From: the human T2T-CHM13v2.0 reference genome, Homo sapiens
NCBI RefSeq assembly: GCF_009914755.1
Contig: NC_060932.1
Direction: 5' to 3' (one strand)
Length of the DNA: 64,000 nt
Position numbers and translations under genes: made by a program. The first letter of the stretch is position 1. Each line of letters begins with the position of its first letter. The notes under the pieces are model-generated. The model was not told the DNA's origin. It searched no databases and saw only the letters and a list, made by a program, of their open reading frames with translations. Below are positions 60,705-64,000 of the stretch, in pieces.

Positions 60705-62651
60705 CTTAAAAAAAAAAACAGAAACAGAAATCCAAAAGAGACTGTTAGTTATATTGTAGAGACTGGTGGGGGGGAAAGAACATTCCAAATTAGGCATGCA
60801 TAAAAAATTACTTTCAAATATATGATTGTGTACTGATTAATTACATACATTTAAGAAAGATTCCAAGCTCGGATAAAATATGGAGAAAATAAAATCTCCA
60901 TACTGATTCCCCTTAGTAGTTAGATGGTGCCTAGGAACCATTAACCATCATAGCTAGAGTTAGAAAGAAACAATGCTATTCTTTCTTCAAATTCCTTTCC
61001 AAATCAAGAATGAGTCACATATTTTGATCAACAAGAAATATATATATATATACACATATAAAATCTCAAAGTATCACTGCAATTAGTTTAAATTAAGCTT
61101 ATTATTATTATTTTGACATAGGGTCTTGCTTGCTCTGTTGCCCAGGCTGGAGTACAGTGGCGTGATCATAGTTCACTGCAGCCTTGACCTCCTGGGCGCA
61201 AAGGATCCTCTCACCTCAGCTTCCTGAGTAGCTGGGACTACAGGCATGCACGACCATGCCCAGCTAATTTTTTTAATTTTTAGTAGAGATAAGGTCTCAC
61301 TATGTTGCTCAGGCTGGTCTTGAACTCCTGAGCTCAAGAGATTCTTGGCCTCCCAAAGTGCTGGGATTACAGGCATGAGCCATTGCACCTGGCCAGATTG
61401 TTTAAATTAAATTTAAATTGGATTAAAGTTCAGCTATATATCAAAAGTCAACACATTTGAATAAATTTATATTAAATTAGCTGAAGCCATTCCATGATGA
61501 GATGGATCCACCTTTAAAAATAAATAGCTGTATTCATGGTTAGCTTGTTTTGTCTTTATAAAGAGCTCTGTGGTACTTTAGGGCTATCCAATATTAGTAA
61601 GAATAAGAAAAAAATTCAATGTATGCTTCTTGTTCAGTTTCGAGGCAAACAGAATTTAAACTAAAAGGAAAGAGAACTTTCAGCACACTTTTCTAAATCA
61701 TCAAGAAGGAAATAGAGAAAGGAGCTGGGAAACAAAGGAGGCAACTTAGAGTATTTTGAGGATGGTATTAAGTACACTTTTGCATAGAAGACTTGTAAAA
61801 CATGCATATTTAATTAATATTTAAATTAGCTACAAAAGAAAAGCTTAAGATCATATAGAAAAAGGCTGCACATTATCTTTCTGTTCTTTAAAGAAACAGG
61901 AGACTTGGATTTCGGCAACAGACTTCACAGTTATTTACAGATAACTGGCAAAGGGTAGGGAAAGTCATTTTTGAATATTAACATTAATGTAAGCACTTAC
62001 TTTATCAATAATTCAACCATTAACTGAACATGACATGCACACAAATATTAATGTTCATGACATTACACACTTGGTATCTCTTAAGACTGACATTAAACAA
62101 CAAATCAATATGAAGAGGACTAAAAGGTCTCCCACTGTAGTTTCTATACAGTACTTCTCAAGAATTACCTATTCATTAATGATCTGGTATAATCTGTAAA
62201 GTATTTTTCAAAAGTCGCAGAATGTCTATATTTAAATTTATAGAGGTCTTTTTACATTTTGTATCTATTGATTTGTTTGAGTCAGACTCAGAGGCTTTCA
62301 AATATATAAACATATATGAACTTGTAGACATTGACATAAACATAGATCCATACACGCTCGCACACAAGATAGACACAGTCTATGCACACACACTTACTTC
62401 GGTCATTCTTAAAGTAAGACCTGCACTCAGAGAAAAGGAGGTACCTGAGCTGAGAGCCTGGAAGGTACTGTGCTGGACTTGGGGACTCCTCACAGGCCCC
62501 AACTGTCCTCCCAGGTTTCCTATCATTCCCTGGTTAGCCAGATTCATCTGGGAGCCATGCAAAGAGCTGTGAGAGAGGAGCTGTGACCCAACACTGGGGG
62601 ACACTGGGGAGAAAGGACTGGTGAAAGGTGGTGGGGATCTAAGTCCAGTAC

Positions 62652-62886
62652 CGTAGTTTGGAGGAAATGGAAACTGCTGTGCATTTGCCTGGGGAATCCG
62701 AGGGTTGCTCATAGTTGCTGGCATACCACTAGGAGCCACCATGCTTGGTGTCATATTCAACCCTTGTCCTCTCATCATCAAAGTTCGTTGCTGAACTTGC
62801 TGTTGCTGATGCATTTGTCTCTGTCGAAGATGCTGGTTCAGGATTTCCCTCTGTCTCTGGGCCAGCATCTGTGCATTAATAGGTGC
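62652..62886 (-). CDS. NCOA2: NCOA2 exon (235 nt), Q-rich region
   Basis: Translates [42 protein letters not shown]...[15 protein letters not shown] acceptor, GTACTG donor. Confidence 0.96.
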
Positions 62887-63482
62887 CTGAAATCCGGGGC
62901 AACACATGGAGGAAAATGTCGGGGACAGACATAGATTAAAAAACAAAGTGAGTATTATAGAGAGGCTAGCAAATGGTACTATCATCTGTAAAATTATTTG
63001 GAAAAAAATTACATGAAAGGAATGACTCAGAGTTGAACAACTAGTGATTGAGAACATGAGCTTCTAAGTTCTAAAGATATGATTATTCTGAAGCTTTGCT
63101 ATGACTCAGCAGAGTTAAGTTTGATGCTAATATCAATTAAATCATTTTGTAAGGACACAATTAACTGAAGGATCTCAAAATAACACAGTCCTTTCTATAA
63201 GAAGACTGTAATATAAACCCTGAGGATGGTAGTTTAGAGTCTCATTCAAGTGACATTCAAGTCTATAGAGAAATAAAATCACTGGGACAAAAGGTGACGT
63301 GGTGCACTTCACAAAAGGCTGAGCAGAGGCAGGAGGAAAAGGGGAGAGCGAGGAGAGTGCCTGATAAGAACGCACAGAGACCGAGTCAGAGGTGGAGGGT
63401 GGAGAGGGAGGAAAGGCAGGATGGATGAAGGGAAGGGATCCCAGTGCTTGCTGTCAGTGAGAGGCATGAGGCTGCTAAGATA

Positions 63483-64000
63483 TCGTTGATCCTCATTTAT
63501 GAATTCCACATTTCTGAAGTTGCCTACTCAGTAAAATTTATTTGTAACCCCCAAATCAATACACATGCCACTGTCACAGTCATTCGTAGACATGAGCACA
63601 GTGGTAAAACATTTCAGATATGCAATGTGCACACTTCCAGCAGAGGTTGAACAAGGCAACACTTTGCCTTCTGGTTTCAGCTCTCATACTGTAAACTAGT
63701 GTCCTCTGTGATCTATTTGGTGCCAAGATTTTTGCATTTTTTGCTTTTCCTGTTGGTGATTTTGCTGCTTAAACTGGCTCCCAGGCATGGTGCTGCAGTG
63801 CTCTCTAGTGTTCCTAAGTGCAAGAGGCGGTGATGTGCCTTCTGGAGAAAACAGGTGTGCTAGATAAGCGCCATTCAGGCCTGAGTTACAGTGAGTTCTT
63901 TAAACAGAAACACACATAAAACAAGGTTATGTGTTGACTGGATGATGACAATGTTGTGACCAGAGGTCTGCAGGAACCCAACCCTGTATTCCTCCTAGGA
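63483..64000 (+). mobile_element. MER82-like TcMar-Tigger element
   Basis: gttgatcctcatttatgaattcc...taaaatttatttgtaacccccaaatcaatac resembles the recalled MER82 consensus. Confidence 0.65.

Overview
Human-like genomic DNA, very Alu-rich, recognisable as the PRDM14-NCOA2 interval (8q13.3). Left part, minus strand: the 5' half of PRDM14, with a CpG-island promoter, non-coding exon 1 and coding exons 2-5 (N-terminus and PR/SET domain); the zinc-finger exons lie outside the window. Middle (about 9-45 kb): a repeat-dominated intergenic block. It contains a decayed class I ERV (gag-pol, tRNA-Gln primer site) hosting a 3'-truncated U1 snRNA retrocopy, old L1s, two ERVL-type solo LTRs (one carrying a CTCF motif), and a decayed ERVL pol region holding a full-length H2A.Z.1 retrocopy with an intact 128-codon ORF. 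Right part, minus strand: the last five exons and the about 3.8 kb 3'UTR of NCOA2. All exon boundaries were read from GT-AG sites and are phase-consistent. I cannot demonstrate a wholly new biological system. The best leads are the ORF-intact H2A.Z retrocopy with a CpG-retaining upstream flank, an in-frame 69-codon alternative-donor extension of an NCOA2 exon, a spliced overlapping uORF in PRDM14, and several TE-derived or intronic regulatory motifs. Repeat family names and comparisons to reference sequences come from recalled consensus sequences, not database searches.
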